In this document: piece after piece, positions 1 to 13,372 of the stretch
Layout: each line of letters opens with the position of its first letter
How positions within the stretch are numbered: position 1 is the stretch's first letter
DNA from: Rhizophagus irregularis
Lineage: Eukaryota
DNA: 64,000 nt
Assembly: GCF_026210795.1 (NCBI RefSeq)
Contig: NC_089431.1
Span: 1,116,001 to 1,180,000, forward strand
Reading direction: 5' to 3'
Translations under genes and position numbers: made by a program
The notes under the pieces: model-generated
What the model saw: only the letters and a program-made list of their open reading frames with translations
Told to the model about the DNA's origin: nothing
The model's database searches: none

Positions 1-1113
1 TCCCAATTCCTCAGACAGAAATTTAATTAATATCGGTTCTGATTTTAAAAAAGCTAAAGCCAGTTCTCGAGAAACCAAACCAATTTTGTCACTATTGAGT
101 CCTACAATAATTTTTTTCTCAATTTGATGAACATTTCCTATATTCGGGTGTAACTCAAATTTTGATTCTAGACTATAAATCAAATTTATATCTACATTTC
201 GTTTTAAACCACTTTCATTAACTATAATTATGGGAATAAAAAATTAAGTAACTTGTGATAATGAGTTAATATCAAAAGTAATAAATATAATTACTTGTAT
301 CCATTAATTTACGAAGAATTGGAGCTCTTTCAACGTTTTCATTACGTCTATCAGCTACTTCAATATATCCACCTGGTTTCGTTACTCTAAATATTATTTA
401 AAAATTATTAAAAGCAAAATATGTCATATATATGGATCGTATTTCTTTAAAATAATAATAATAATAATAAAAGAAATACCTAATTAGCTCAGAAAGAATG
501 AAATCCCATTTATCTGATGTATAAATAAGTCTCATTAATTCTATATGTGTGAAATCAAATTCATTATCACCAAATAATAACCCGGCAGACACATCAGCTT
601 TGAAAAATTCAACATTATTTGGTTTTATCTGTCAATTTATATAGAAAGATAGGTCAAAATTTTGATTTAATTTAATAAATAATAAAATTCTTCTTACTTC
701 TTGTGGAAACATTAGTTCACTATCAACTCCAAAAAAATAAGAACTTTCATATTTGCTCGATAAATCTAATAACCATGTACCAGGACCGCACCTTAAAAAT
801 TTAAAATTATTATTCAAATAAATATATGTATCATAAAAAAATTGTTCATTTGAGTGATATCTTACCCAACATCTAAAACTTTATACCCTCCTCTAATTAA
901 ATTTTCCTCAACTGGGGAAGAAAAATTACTTTGAAATATATATTGTCTAAGAAAATGAAAAACATGAAACCTATCAATAGAATCGGTACTAGTCGAGAAA
1001 TAATATCCCAAAAACTTTTCATGTCTTTCTTGATCTGATTCTATTTGGTTAAATTCTTGTATATTTTTGATTAATGATCGTTCATGTTTTGAACGTGAAT
1101 TTTTATTACCCAT
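1..1113 (-). CDS. Class I SAM-dependent methyltransferase, copy 1 (3' end runs off the window); exons 1113-866, 791-698, 628-480, 386-295, 221-<1
   Basis: The GT-AG exons (248/94/149/92 nt) join in frame. They give SAM motif I KVLDVG|CGPGTW, then FGDNEFDFTH and ELIRVTKPGGYIEV. Exon sizes match the paralogs. Confidence 0.9.
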
Positions 1114-1835
1114 TATTTAAAAAAAATAAAATACTTTAAGGTGAAATTATCCTATAAAAATTTTTTATATTAATTATCCGTCAAGAACAAAAAAAAGGGG
1201 TACAATTTAAGGAAATATTAAATGATCTACCATGTATGACGATTTAAAAATAATGTACAACAAATAAACGCGAAACTTCAATGGACGAATAGACGATTGT
1301 GTTACAAATCTTCAAACTATTAAGTTACCATAATGCTCATTATACTCTCTAAAAAACAATTTGTTGATCTCAATTAATCTGCATATTATTTTGCCGATTT
1401 GGGTAACAGTTTTAAAAAAAATAACTTGTAAATCAGTCAAGATTTTCATCTTTCTTCCGAGATTAACGAGATTTTTCTTAGATTGCTTCTAAAGGAAGAA
1501 ATACTCTTCCGAAAATCTTATCAATTTAAGTTTTCATTGTTATTAGTATATCAATTGTTGATTTCATATAAAATAAAAATGATAAATGACAACTATATTA
1601 AACTAAATTAATTTAATTCTTTTTTTTATTTTTTTAATAATATCTATACTTAATAAAGAACTAAAAATGGCTATAGATAATCTGTCTTTGATTGAACACA
1701 CAAACTATCTGTATACCTTAATCATTAATGCTGGCCGGTATTAAAATCACGTGACACCGCATTTGAGTTTTTTTTTAACCCGCAAAAATGTGAATAAGGA
1801 TTATCCGACGGCTTAATCCGGATTTATCCGTGACG

Positions 1836-2365
1836 GATGTCCCAGAAATATATAATAAGGGTCAGGTGGTCTTTGAACTTCTTACTAATAGCTGTACGCA
1901 GGGGAGTTTCCATAAAAATATACAAATAAAATTTCAGACCTTAAATTTTTTATTTATATATTTATTATATGTTTGTACTTCCATAATTTATTAAATCTAC
2001 TTTTCACCACATACAATTAAATTTAATATAACAATACAGTACATCATTGCATCAATACATCATGATCGGTATTAAAATCTTTAGAAAACAACTTTAATAT
2101 TATATTAAGAAACTAAATAAATAATAGATATTGGTTAGGGTGTTATTACGCAGACGTCCAAAAGTTAATATGTGTGATATTTAATCTAATGATGCGTCAA
2201 AAATATCAAAGATATTAATTCGTACATATTAAGATTTTTTAATAAAAATAGTATGCAATATGATTGATCCTGAATACAGAATAAACAAAAAATTCCTAAA
2301 CTGTACGCAAATCAAAACCTTACTATGATGGTAGACCTTACCCTATATATATTTTCTGGGTCATG
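1836..2365. mobile_element. Non-autonomous TIR element (unclassified, P-like CATG/CAGG termini), same family as 41131-41676
   Basis: The termini GATGTCCCAGAAATATATA and TATATATTTTCTGGGTCATG are inverted repeats. Internal blocks (gctgtacgcag, aaataaaatttcagac, tgtacgcaaatcaaaac) are shared with 41131-41676. It sits within TTATCCG-rich older repeat DNA. No TSD is visible. Confidence 0.7.
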
Positions 2366-2766
2366 ATGTATCCGGAAAATTATCCGTTATCTGGGTTCGG
2401 GTATAAGATGGATTATCCGGATGGACGATCGTTTCAACAATTATTGTTAACACAATTTATTACTATTATACTGCCCAGAACATAAACTATTGAATCATCA
2501 AATTTGTATTATTAAATTCTTGTTCTACATCCTTTTACTTATACGATTTCGAATCGATGAATATAGTATGTCAACTTGCATATAATGGTACCATCTCTTT
2601 AATTACATAAATTTTTTCACGAATAAATAGCGTGATAATAATGCGCATCGATTAAAAGATTTATAATCATAAAGTAACTTCTTGCTGCAATTGCTATGGG
2701 GTTTGTTTAAAATTATCTTGTTTGACGTAATTTATTCATAATAAAAGAAAAAATGAATTATCATAA

Positions 2767-4028
2767 TTACATTAATTGTTTTTGCGCCCAAATCCTAACA
2801 TAAATACTTTCAGAACAAGATTGTTCGAATTCTTCGGTTAGATCTTTTTCTATCATACTTTTGTATTCTTCTTCAGAAATTCCCATTTCCTCAGGCAGAA
2901 TTTTACTTAACGGTCCTGTTTTGAAATGAGTTAAAGCCAGATCTTGAGTAATCAAACCAATTTTATCACCATTGGGTCCTATAATAAATTTTTTTTCAAT
3001 TCGATGAACATTTTCTATATTCGGATGCAACTCAAATTTTGATTCTAGATTATAAATCAAATTTACATCTAAATTTCGTTTTGTACCACTTATATTAACT
3101 ATAATTATGGAAAATAAAAATAAGTACTAACTTGTAATACACTTAATACATGAAATTAATATTAAAAGCAATGAATATAATTACCTATATCCATCAATTT
3201 ACTATAAATCGGAGCTCTTACAACATCTTCATTACGTCTACCAGATACTTCAATATATCCACCTGGTTTCGTTACTCTAAAAAAAAAAAATAATATAATA
3301 TTATTTAAAAATTGGCAGAAGCAAAACATGATATAGATATGTGGATTGTATTTTTCTTTAAAAAAAAAATTTAATAATAAAAGAAATACCTAATGAACTC
3401 AGAAAAAATGAAATCCCATTTATCTGATGTATAAATAAGTCTCATTAATTCTATATGTGTAAAATCAAATTCATTATCACCAAATGATAATCCATTAGAT
3501 ACATCGGCTTCAATAAATTTAACATTATTTGGTTTTATCTATCAATTTATATGAAAAGAAAGGGTCAAATTTTTGATTTAATTTAATAAATAAAATTTCA
3601 TAAATTTTCTTACTTCATGTGGAAACATTGGTTCAACATCAATTCCAATAAAGTTAGAATTTGCATGTTTGCTTGATAAATCTAATGACCATGTACCAGG
3701 GCCGCACCTTAAAAAATTTAAATAATCATTCAAATAAATATGAGTATCATAAAAAATATTTACTTGAAAGATTAACTTACCCAATATCTAAAACTTTATA
3801 CCCTCCTTCAATTAATTTATCTTCAATTGGGGAAGAAAAATTACTTTGAAATACATGTTGTCTAAGAAAATGAAATACATGAAGTCTATCCATAAAATCG
3901 GTATCATTCGAGAAATAATATTCCAATAACTTTTCATGTCTTTCTTGATCTGATTCTATTTGGTTAAATTCTTGTATATTTTTGATTACTGATCGTTCAT
4001 GTTTTGAACGTGAATTTTTATTACCCAT
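2767..4028 (-). CDS. Class I SAM-dependent methyltransferase, copy 2; exons 4028-3781, 3707-3614, 3538-3390, 3276-3185, 3098-2767
   Basis: Exons of 248/94/149/92/332 nt are in frame. Motifs: KVLDIG|CGPGTW, RVTKPGGYIEV and C-terminal RIWAQK. Closest to copy 1, with which it also shares upstream sequence. Confidence 0.92.
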
Positions 4029-4304
4029 GGTTTAAAAAATAAAGCATGTAAGGTGAAAATTATTGTATAAAATTTTTTCTACCAATTTAATAGAAAAACA
4101 AATGATCTACATGCCGATCTACAATAATGTATAACAAATAAAACGCGAGACTTTCTATGGACGACTGGACGTTGTGTTACCAAATATTCAAGCCATTAAG
4201 TCCTTTAAAAAACAGTTGCTAATCCAAAATTCTGTTTTGTAACATTTTTAAAAATAATCCGAGGTACTGTTATGTCTGGATTTTCATCTCATTTTTCTTA
4301 AATT

Positions 4305-4488
4305 GTATAAAAAATTTATTCCGTGTTTTTTTATTCCATGTTATTTCCATAAATGTATCGCATTCCCGGAATTAATAGTCTCAAAACAAGGAAATATATA
4401 AGTTGCTTAGGTTTTTAGTTATTTTTTCCGTAAATGTATCATATTCACGGAGTTTTTACAGAAATTACGGATAAAATTTTTTACAGGG
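4305..4488. mobile_element. Small CMC/CACTA-like MITE remnant (CCCTGTAAAAAA-type terminus)
   Basis: Absent from the homologous upstream region of copy 1. Its right end (TTTTTTACAGGG, reverse-complemented) matches the left end of 36318-36500. Confidence 0.55.
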
Positions 4489-5448
4489 ATCCAAAGGAAG
4501 AAGTACCCCTCCTAAAATCTTATCAATTTAAGTTTTCATTTTAATTAGTATATCAATTATTGATTTTCATAATTAAAATAAATAGAATAAAATAGCGACA
4601 AATAACAACCCTACTAAGATTTAAGAATTAGCGATTGTATCTGATTAGCATCCGGATAAAGAATCCGCCACCGATAAGAATATTTAATATATTCGGGTAA
4701 TCACCATTCACCTTTTGGTAAGTCATTTTTGTAGATGCTTAGGACATCGGAATCGGAAAAAATGTAGCCGGTCAACGTGATATTTAGCCACGTTATTATT
4801 TAACAAAAAATAGATGAGCAAGAACATCAAGAAACCACGACGTGTCATCAAAAAATTCTAGTTACAGAATTATTTAAAGAAACCAGAATAATCTGGAATT
4901 AATAAAATAAACCAGTTAAATGCAAGACATTATGTAAAAAGAATATGCTTTATAAACAGCGGATAAATAATAGGAAATTTTCCGGTTAATATAAATTCTA
5001 CTTAATATTCAGTTCGCAATAGCTATTGAAAATAAATAATAATGATTATATTTAATATAGTAAAATTAAGTAAAAATTGTAATTTAATTTTTTTTTTAGT
5101 AAATTATTATTGGATTTGTATGCGAGATCTTTTATAGGCTACAATCTGCTAAGTGTCCCGTTACAATAAATCCATACATTTGTAGCTGAAAACTTGCCAG
5201 ATCGTCAAAGTTGTCGTAAATAGAAAAACTCTTTACAATTTTAAAATAAAATGTAATATGTAAAAATAAAAAGAATATTATATTATAAAAAGATATAAAT
5301 TTGAAACTAATTTTTAATATTCGATGCCTGCTCTGGTAACTGTATCTGTTTCTCCTGAACACCACGTAGAGACTTCAAGTTAAAAAATAATGAATAAGAG
5401 TTAACCAGGGTTTATCATTCTATGATAATATCTGATTAGGCAATACAG

Positions 5449-6218
5449 TATCCTTCGCCGAAGGGATGTTTCACCGAAGGATGTTTCGCCGAAAGGACAT
5501 TTCACCGAAAGTGCATTTCATGGAATCCATTTCATCGAATAGTCCATTTCACCGAATTCCATTTCGCCGAATGGACATATCGTCGAAGATGACATTTTTA
5601 TAAAAAATATTCATCGCGCAATACAAATAAAAAAATAAGGTATTGCTAAACGGTTCCTTAATGCAAGTGTATTACTCCTAAAATCAGGCCAGTTCGTACG
5701 TTAATATCGAACACCCCCATTGTACGTTAAGGACGCCCATTGCTTATCATGTAATGCCGGCCAGTGTTTTGTTAGATTTTTAATTCTGGCCAAAAGTACT
5801 AGTATGGTGATCATCCACACAGGTGAGCTTTTAGCAATTTTCTAAAAATAATTTTATCTTTTTTTTCAGGATATTATCACTTTAACATTTAGCAATAAAC
5901 ATTTTCCTGAAAACATTTATTAACGAAAAAGTAAATAAAAAAAAAGATTAATGTATTTATTATAAACAATGAGATAAATTTAATAAAAATCATCTAATTC
6001 AAAAATTTAGTATACAGTATAAACAATAAAATAACCGAATGGAACAAACAATTTTTCGGCGAAATGTTCATTCGGCAAAATATCCATTCGGCGAAATGTC
6101 CATTCGGTAAAATGGCTTCAGCGAAATGAAATTCGGTGAAATGGAGTTTCAGTGAAATGGCATTTCGGCGAAACATCCCTTCGGCGAAATGGATATCGGC
6201 GAAAAGTCCTGATACCCT
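5449..6218. mobile_element. Foldback/Mutator-like element with long TIRs built of ~15-17 bp CATTTCGCCGAA subrepeats
   Basis: About 9 tandem catttc(g/a)ccgaa units at 5450-5590 and about 10 inverted ttcggcgaaatg units at 6055-6205. The right terminus is GATACCC; the left terminus appears eroded. Confidence 0.7.
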
Positions 6219-7333
6219 AAAAAAGTACAATCACATGCTTTTTCATCATTTTAAGTTTTTTTCATTTTTTGTCTGTCATTTTTTTTTAGTTAACCATCTT
6301 TTATTATCTTTTATCCCACATCTTTTGTTATTTCGACTATTGTTGCTGGTGAAACTACTTTTAAAATCCAGAACATTTCGCCCAGTGAACTTCCTATAAG
6401 TCCGAAACTATCCGAAACCTCCGAAACCCTAATTTGGAGAGATCAAATTGGGCGAAATTATTTTCGTCCGCAAATTTCGATTTATCCTCTTTTTATTACA
6501 TTTCGCTGTCTTACTTCATTTATTTCACTGTTTACTATTCCTTTTTTTAACATTAACTTCACCCCTTCTTTTATGTTATTTTTTTTCTCTTTTTTTATTT
6601 TATCTTTATCTCGCTTTTTTCTTTTTTTTGCAGCTTCTTTCTTTAATGTTTATTTTTTTAGTTTTATCTCGCCATTTTTTTTTCACTTCGTTTGCTTTTT
6701 GGTCGTGCCCATTTCTATATTTCATCTTTTTTGGTCATTTTTTTCCGCCTTTTATTATCTATTTTATTTTATTTCCTTACAATTTTATTTAATACAAGAC
6801 CGTCAGATAAGGAGCAAAGAAATTTTGAAAGAAATACTTTTCATAGTTCATACATAAAATCAAGATTTTAAATTTGGGTATTTAAATATCATATAATGCG
6901 AATCAAACCTCATTCAATTTCACTGGCTTATATATGTTTGTTTTCGTTTGCAAAAATTATACTGAAATTTATTTAACGTGAAAAATAATACTAAGCATAT
7001 TATATATACTTCCATATCTAAATAAATTTTCATTGGCCATATAAATTTTTATCAACCAAAATGTATACTGTATATATATCATTAAAAATTTTTTTTTTTT
7101 TAATGTACTTGTGCCTTTCATTAAAAAATCAATATGTTTAGAGATTTATTAGATTATTACTAAATTATCGGCAGAGTGAGCAGATAATAAAATTTGGAAC
7201 TCTTTAAGAATTAAAGTTTATTTTATTCATGATATTCCAATTCAAGTTAACAATTTAATAAAATATTTATATATCCTAAAATATTAAACCTTTTAATATA
7301 TAAATTCTTAACGTTTTTCCCTACACTCGATTT

Positions 7334-7972
7334 GGGTTTACCACGAAATCCCGACAAGCACAATCCCGATATGATAAAATCCCGAGGCACGTATTCCTAA
7401 CAGAGACAATATACTGAACGATCAAAATCCCGAAAGTATCAAAATTCCTGAAAGTTCAAGTTACTGATGAGTCAAAATCCCGACACAATATTATAATTTT
7501 GAGTATCTCTTTGATTTTTGTTTACTAGGAAGATCATTTCCTACTGATTATATAATTTGCGACAATTAATACAATCATATATACAATACATATGCACTAT
7601 TTCCAATTTAAATGATAAAAAATTGCAATTTTGATTTATGACTTACATGTTACAGTATAATATATAGTGAGATCACGCAGTAGTAATTGACATAATAACT
7701 CCTTGGCAAATTATGCAAATTATTAACAATTGTGCAATCACTACGATTTATTACATAAATGGTCACATGAAAAAATTCTTTTCTTTATTGTGTCGGGATT
7801 TTGACTCATCAGTAACTTGAACTTTCGGGAATTTTGAATTCCAGATTTTGGACTATTCGGGATATAATTCTTTCAGTATTTTAATCATTCGGGATATTGT
7901 CTTAGTCGGGAATAGGAGTGTCAAGATTTTATCACATCGGGATTATGGTTGTCGGGATTTCGGGAGAATCCC
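7334..7972. mobile_element. Mutator-like (MULE) MITE, ~155-190 bp TIRs with AATCCCGA subrepeats, 9-bp TSD
   Basis: Starts GGGTTTACCACGAAATCCCGACAA; the right end reverse-complements to GGGATTCTCCCGAAATCCCGACAA. Exact direct repeat ACTCGATTT at 7325-7333 and 7973-7981. Confidence 0.88.
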
Positions 7973-9356
7973 ACTCGATTTAATTGTTATTTACGTATTA
8001 TGTAACAATTTGTCAGCATGATATGAAACGCGAGATGTTTGCTTACGTTAAAAGCTTTTTTGTCTTATCTTGCCATATGGACGTTAATATTTCTATATTT
8101 AAAAATCTTTTACGAAAGCATAAAAAAAAAAGGAATCTCTTGGCGCGCTAATAGAGTCTAAGTTTAATTCACATTTCGAAATTTATGACACTTAGAGAAA
8201 TTTATAATCGTCTTAATAATATTTAAATGTGCATATATTTAATTAATTTGTAAATAATGAATATTCCATTTAATGCATAACAAAAAAAAAATTTTTTTTA
8301 AAACCCGAATAAATTTTGTGTCACTGTCAAGCATATTAAAATAAAAAATTTTTAATTGGTTAACTTATTTCATTATTCTTATTATTCTTTATATATGTGT
8401 GTATATGTTATACTCATGTATTTATTAAGAAATATTTTGCTTTATATTAACTGTTATGCTTTTATGAATACAAATTAAAAGAAAAAAATCCGATTGGCTG
8501 ATTGTAATTTTTATCTACGCTATGACCAGTTACACGTAATTGTTTATACTGAATTTTTATAATGTACAATTTACTGTAATGTCTGCACATAGAATTAATA
8601 ATTGCACGCATTTCATTGATATGACGATATGCTAAGAAAATCGATTTGTTGAACAATGTTATTTCTTCCAATTCTGCCTGAATTCTTTTTTCTGATTTCT
8701 TTAAAATTCGTTTTCTTTTCCTATAGATTTGCAATTTTTTAAAAAATTACACGAATAAAATAACAAATATTTTAATAATCTGAAAATCATAAAATCTACT
8801 TTTATTTTATGTTCTTTTATTTTTTCGATTTTATTTTTTTTTGTTTATTTTGTTTATTTTATTTTATTTTTTTTTTGTTTATTTTATTTTTATTTTTTTT
8901 TAAAAAAAAGGAATGTCGGGGACGTGGATATACAATTATTATCATATGATAAATTGATTTACCTGATTTTGGTTTGTATCACTGATTAAGAAGCACAAAT
9001 ATGCTTTATTACATCATCAAATGAAATGTTACGTAAGAACTTAGTCATATTTGTACAGCGATATCAAAATTAAGCATTAAGCAGTTTTAGTTAGATATGC
9101 AGGATTTAAAATTAAAAGCTTAAAATAGTTATAGTTTTATTAAAAATAAAAATAACCCTTCTAATTATAACATTAACAATTTCAAATTGTTAAAATTTAA
9201 AACCAAAATCGAATCACGATCTCAAATCAGCGAATGAAGATAAAGATATGTGACTATTTTTATATACATTATCAATTTATTGGACTTGATATGAAATTAA
9301 TATTTCCAGGAATTTCATCAATATAAATTATGTGATGTACTAGTATCATTAGTATG

Positions 9357-10616
9357 TTACGATAATTGTTTTTGAGCCCAAAATCTAAAATGAACACACT
9401 CAGTGCTAGTTTGCTTAAATTCCTCAACTAGATCTTTTTCTGTCATATTTTTGTATTCTTCTTCAGAAATTCCCATTTCCTCACTTAGATTTTTAATTGC
9501 CATTTCCGATATATAATAAGAAAAGGCTAAATCTTGAAAAATTAAACCAATTTTGCCACCATTGGGACCTATAATAAGGTCTTTTTCAATTCGATGAATT
9601 TTTCCTATATTTGGTTGTAATTCAAATTTTGAATCTAGATTATATATCAAATTAGTATCAATATTTCGTTTCGAACAAGATGCCCAAACTGTAATTAATT
9701 ATGTTTTGTGGAAAATGAAAAATTAGTATATTATAATTACAATAATACATGAAATTAAAATTCAAAGAAATGAAAATACTTACGTGCATCTGACATTTTA
9801 CGAAAAATCGGACCTTCGCCAACATAACTATTACGTCTATCGGATACTTCAATGTATCCACCTGGTTTCGTTACTCCGTAAAATATATATGTACAGTATA
9901 TTAATAAACTGGAATACCCAAATATGATATACTTACGTGAATAATTTTTTTTCAAAAAAAAAAAAAAAATACCTGACAAGCTCAGGAATAACAACATCCC
10001 ATTGGTCTGATGTTAAAACAAGGCTCATATGTTCTATGTGCGTAAAATCAAATTCGTTATCATGAAATGATAGTGCATCAGTTACATCAGCTTCGATGAA
10101 TTCAAGGTTATTTGGTTTTATCTATCAATTTATATAGGAAAAATGATAAATTTCGGTTTTTATTTTAAAATTAAATAAAACTTATGAATTTTATTACTTC
10201 TCGTGGAAAAATTGGCTTAAAATCAACTCCAAAAAAATAAGAATTTTCATATTTGTTCGCTAAATCTAATAACCATGTTCCAGGGCCGCACCTTAAAAAT
10301 AAATAATCATTCAAACAAATATATGTATCATAAAATTCCCAAGATATTTGTTGAAAAATGTCACTTACCCTATATCTAAAACTTTGCTCCCTCCTTTAAT
10401 TAATTCATCTTCAATTGGAGAAGAAAAATTACCCCGAAATAGATACCTTTTAAGAAAATGATACATATGTAATCTATCGATAGAATTGATATCGGTCGAT
10501 AAATAATAGTCCAATAGCTTATCTTGTCTTTCTTGTTCCGATTCTATTTGGTCAAATTCCGGGATTTTTTTTATCGTTGACTTCTTATGCTTTAAACGTG
10601 AATTTTTATTACCCAT
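9357..10616 (-). CDS. Class I SAM-dependent methyltransferase, copy 3 (intron 3 acceptor mutated AG>GG); exons 10616-10369, 10291-10198, 10121-9973, 9875(or 9908)-9784, 9688-9357
   Basis: Same exon sizes and motifs as the paralogs (KVLDIG|CGPGTW, VTKPGGYIEV, RFWAQK). The expected acceptor reads ttttacGG instead of ttttacAG. Confidence 0.75.
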
Positions 10617-11360
10617 TGTTTTAATTTCTTTGAGAATAAAATAAATTGAAATAATCACATAAACTTTTTTTAAATTAAGATCTTTGTAAGGGACAAAAAG
10701 AATATCTCATCTATTTTATAGCGTAGATGAAATTTTTTTAAAGTTTCTCCCTGCATATTTATGTATCGTGTAACATTTGTCAGATATTTTGTTTATAAGT
10801 TTTTTTTTCTTTCCATATAACGTGCGTTACAATATTTCTAAATTTAAAAAAATCTTATTAAAGCATTAAAAAAAAGTTCAATACGACATATGTACAAAGA
10901 AATTAATTCCTTCTCATATCAATAAAAATATACAAAATTTATGAACGACATTATTTACGACGTTTGAAAATTCAAAAATTTATAATCGTCCGAAGTTCAA
11001 AGGTTATAAAGAAATTTATCACAGTACCTACACATAATTAGTTAATCCAAACCTTTGTTTATTACAGTTTAGGATAGGATTCATGCACAATAATTATTAT
11101 AATTAAAACAAAATTTTGTGATACTATTAAGCATGAAAACTCGCCCGGGTAATTTCTTACCCCCAAATTTAATATATAAAAATGACGTCATGCCGATTAT
11201 TTTCTAAAAAAAGAATATTTTTTTTTTTTGACGAAAAAATTTTACTTATACAAGCTTTGTATAGCTTATAGGTAATTTGCCTACTACAAATACCTTAACA
11301 AAGGTCATATGACAGGTAAGTATATCAAATCACCTAAGGTGAGGAATAGTACTTTCTGGG

Positions 11361-11983
11361 GGGAGCCGTAACCACCTGATTCCTGATACGATATTTTTTT
11401 TTTTTATTACTTTTTTTATAGACGTAATAAATATGTAACAATTTTTAAAATATCGCAAAATTATAGTTTCTATTGTAAAATAATAATTTTTTTAATATTG
11501 CAAAAATAAATGTTATTGTTTTTTTTATTAATATTTAATAATACATCGCAAAAATTCAGTAACATTATTAATCTGCAATGATACTTCGCAAATATGATTT
11601 GCAAAATCACTGCGCAAATATTAATGTTTTATTGTAAAATTAATATTTTTTTTATTAATATTTTAATGAATTTAATAATACATCGCAAAAAATTAAGAAT
11701 CACTTCGCAAATATTAATGATTATTGTAAAATTAAATTATTGCGTCATAAAGATACAATAATTTTTTTATTTTTTCAATATACTGATTAAAGATTTTAAT
11801 AAATCATTTTTTAGAATTTCTATATTATGTCATTATATTTCAATTGCTAGGAGGATAGTTTCGGGATAATGAATGTCGGGAATAATGTGGTTACGGGATT
11901 CCGAAGTTTCGGGATTATTATTTGTCGGGATTGTGAGCGTCTTGTAGCAGGATTCTGATTGTCAGGATTTCGTAGTAAATCCC
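11361..11983. mobile_element. Mutator-like insertion with asymmetric ends and 8-9 bp TSD
   Basis: (C)TTTCTGGG is duplicated at 11352-11360 and 11983-11991. The right end has TCGGGA subrepeats like 7334-7972. Paralogous upstream regions show the empty site agtactttct...tttattaagaaaatattt. Confidence 0.7.
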
Positions 11984-12509
11984 TTTCTGGGACGCATTTA
12001 TTTATTAAGAAAATATTTGTTTTTATGAATATAAAATTAATTTTCTAAAAATTTTCTTTCGATTGGCTGATTCGATTTTTTTATTACAACTTTGATTGTT
12101 TATAATGATGATTCGTATATAATGCACATTTACTGAGACCGTCCGTGCGTTGCTAGTAGAGCAACTGTTCTTCCTTTAGTTGTGAATTTTAATAAGCCTC
12201 AGGCAATCAACTTTTTTCACATTTTAGAAATGCCTGTACACTACTCACCCAATGTTGAGAAAATCGATCTTTGTCAAACAACGTTACTAATTCCAATTAT
12301 ATCTCCCGGTTTTTAAGATTTCAGCTTTTTTCCTGTGGATCCACAATTTTTTTTAAAATTACTGAAAATCACAAAATCTTAGTAGAGTTTCTATTTTCTA
12401 ATCGGGTCGGGTTGGGGTCACATAATTTAGTGGCCCGTGACTGCATGAAGAACCGAATATTTTTATTATACTGTATATTTAATTAACAATTATATATATA
12501 TATATATTA

Positions 12510-12666
12510 CAGCTGATTTCATAATGTACAGGACACTTGGCAAATTTATATGCCGAACACATGATTTAGCTATTGTCACGTGACACCCTTTGGGATGATT
12601 AGCTACCGACAATGTCAGCTCTCGGCAAAAATTTGCCAAGTGTCCCGTACATTATGAAATCAGCTG
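12510..12666. mobile_element. Tc1/mariner-pogo type MITE, ~38-bp TIRs, TA TSD
   Basis: TA|CAGCTGATTTCATAATGTACAGGACACTTGGCAAATTT ... AAATTTGCCAAGTGTCCCGTACATTATGAAATCAGCTG|TA, with a central TGTCACGTGACA palindrome. Confidence 0.88.
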
Positions 12667-13372
12667 TAAAGAAATTTGATGGGTCAACCCGAGTTATTCA
12701 GATCAAAACATGAGCGAGTTTAGTTCGGGTACTGTTCGGGTCATGGCTTTTACACTCGGGTCGAGTTCGAAATGAAGCACTATTCTTTTTTAACTGAACT
12801 AAAAAGAAAAAAATAATAGTCTTCCAATTATGATTTCAAATTTCTAAGAATCGAAACAGGTACCAGCATATCGTATTGTCACCATATTTTAATATCTTTC
12901 AAATAATTTTTCTCCACGTACTGATTTAAATAAATTATTTAAAGCTCTGGATCAGATGTTATGTTGACTGAATTCAATTTTCAAGAAGAAAGGATCTTTT
13001 TGAATATAACATTTTTTATACATTTAAAATTTTTTTTTAAGTGTGTACCAGATATATAGTATTTTCATTATAAAATTCGCACACAAATTCTTAATCTATT
13101 AGACTTGATATAAAATCAATGTTCATCCCAGAAAACATAAAATTTCGTCAATATTTTTGAGATCGATATATGAATGTTGAGTTATAAGTAAAAACGTTTA
13201 ACATACTTCAGGAAATAATAAAAAAAGTATAAGTTACATTTTAAACGTAAACATTAACTTATTTATAGTCGAAAAATTGGATTGATTCATTTACAATAGG
13301 CACATTATCTTTCTGAAAAAAAAAAATATTTATGCTATATTTTTAACTTATTTTAACAGAGAAGAATCATTA

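Noticed and set aside
5450..6205. Regularly spaced short repeats resembling a CRISPR array; ORFs 5994-6230 and 6136-6399
   Set aside because: Units are ~15-17 bp with 3-5 nt variable gaps and occur as two inverted arms, i.e. transposon TIR subrepeats. There are no cas genes, and the ORFs are repeat artefacts.
6448..6857. Phe/Leu-rich ORFs resembling membrane proteins
   Set aside because: Translation of T-rich low-complexity DNA, open in several frames.
12383..12782. CGGGT-rich hAT-like element around the 12510 MITE
   Set aside because: The termini are only loosely complementary and no 8-bp TSD is visible.
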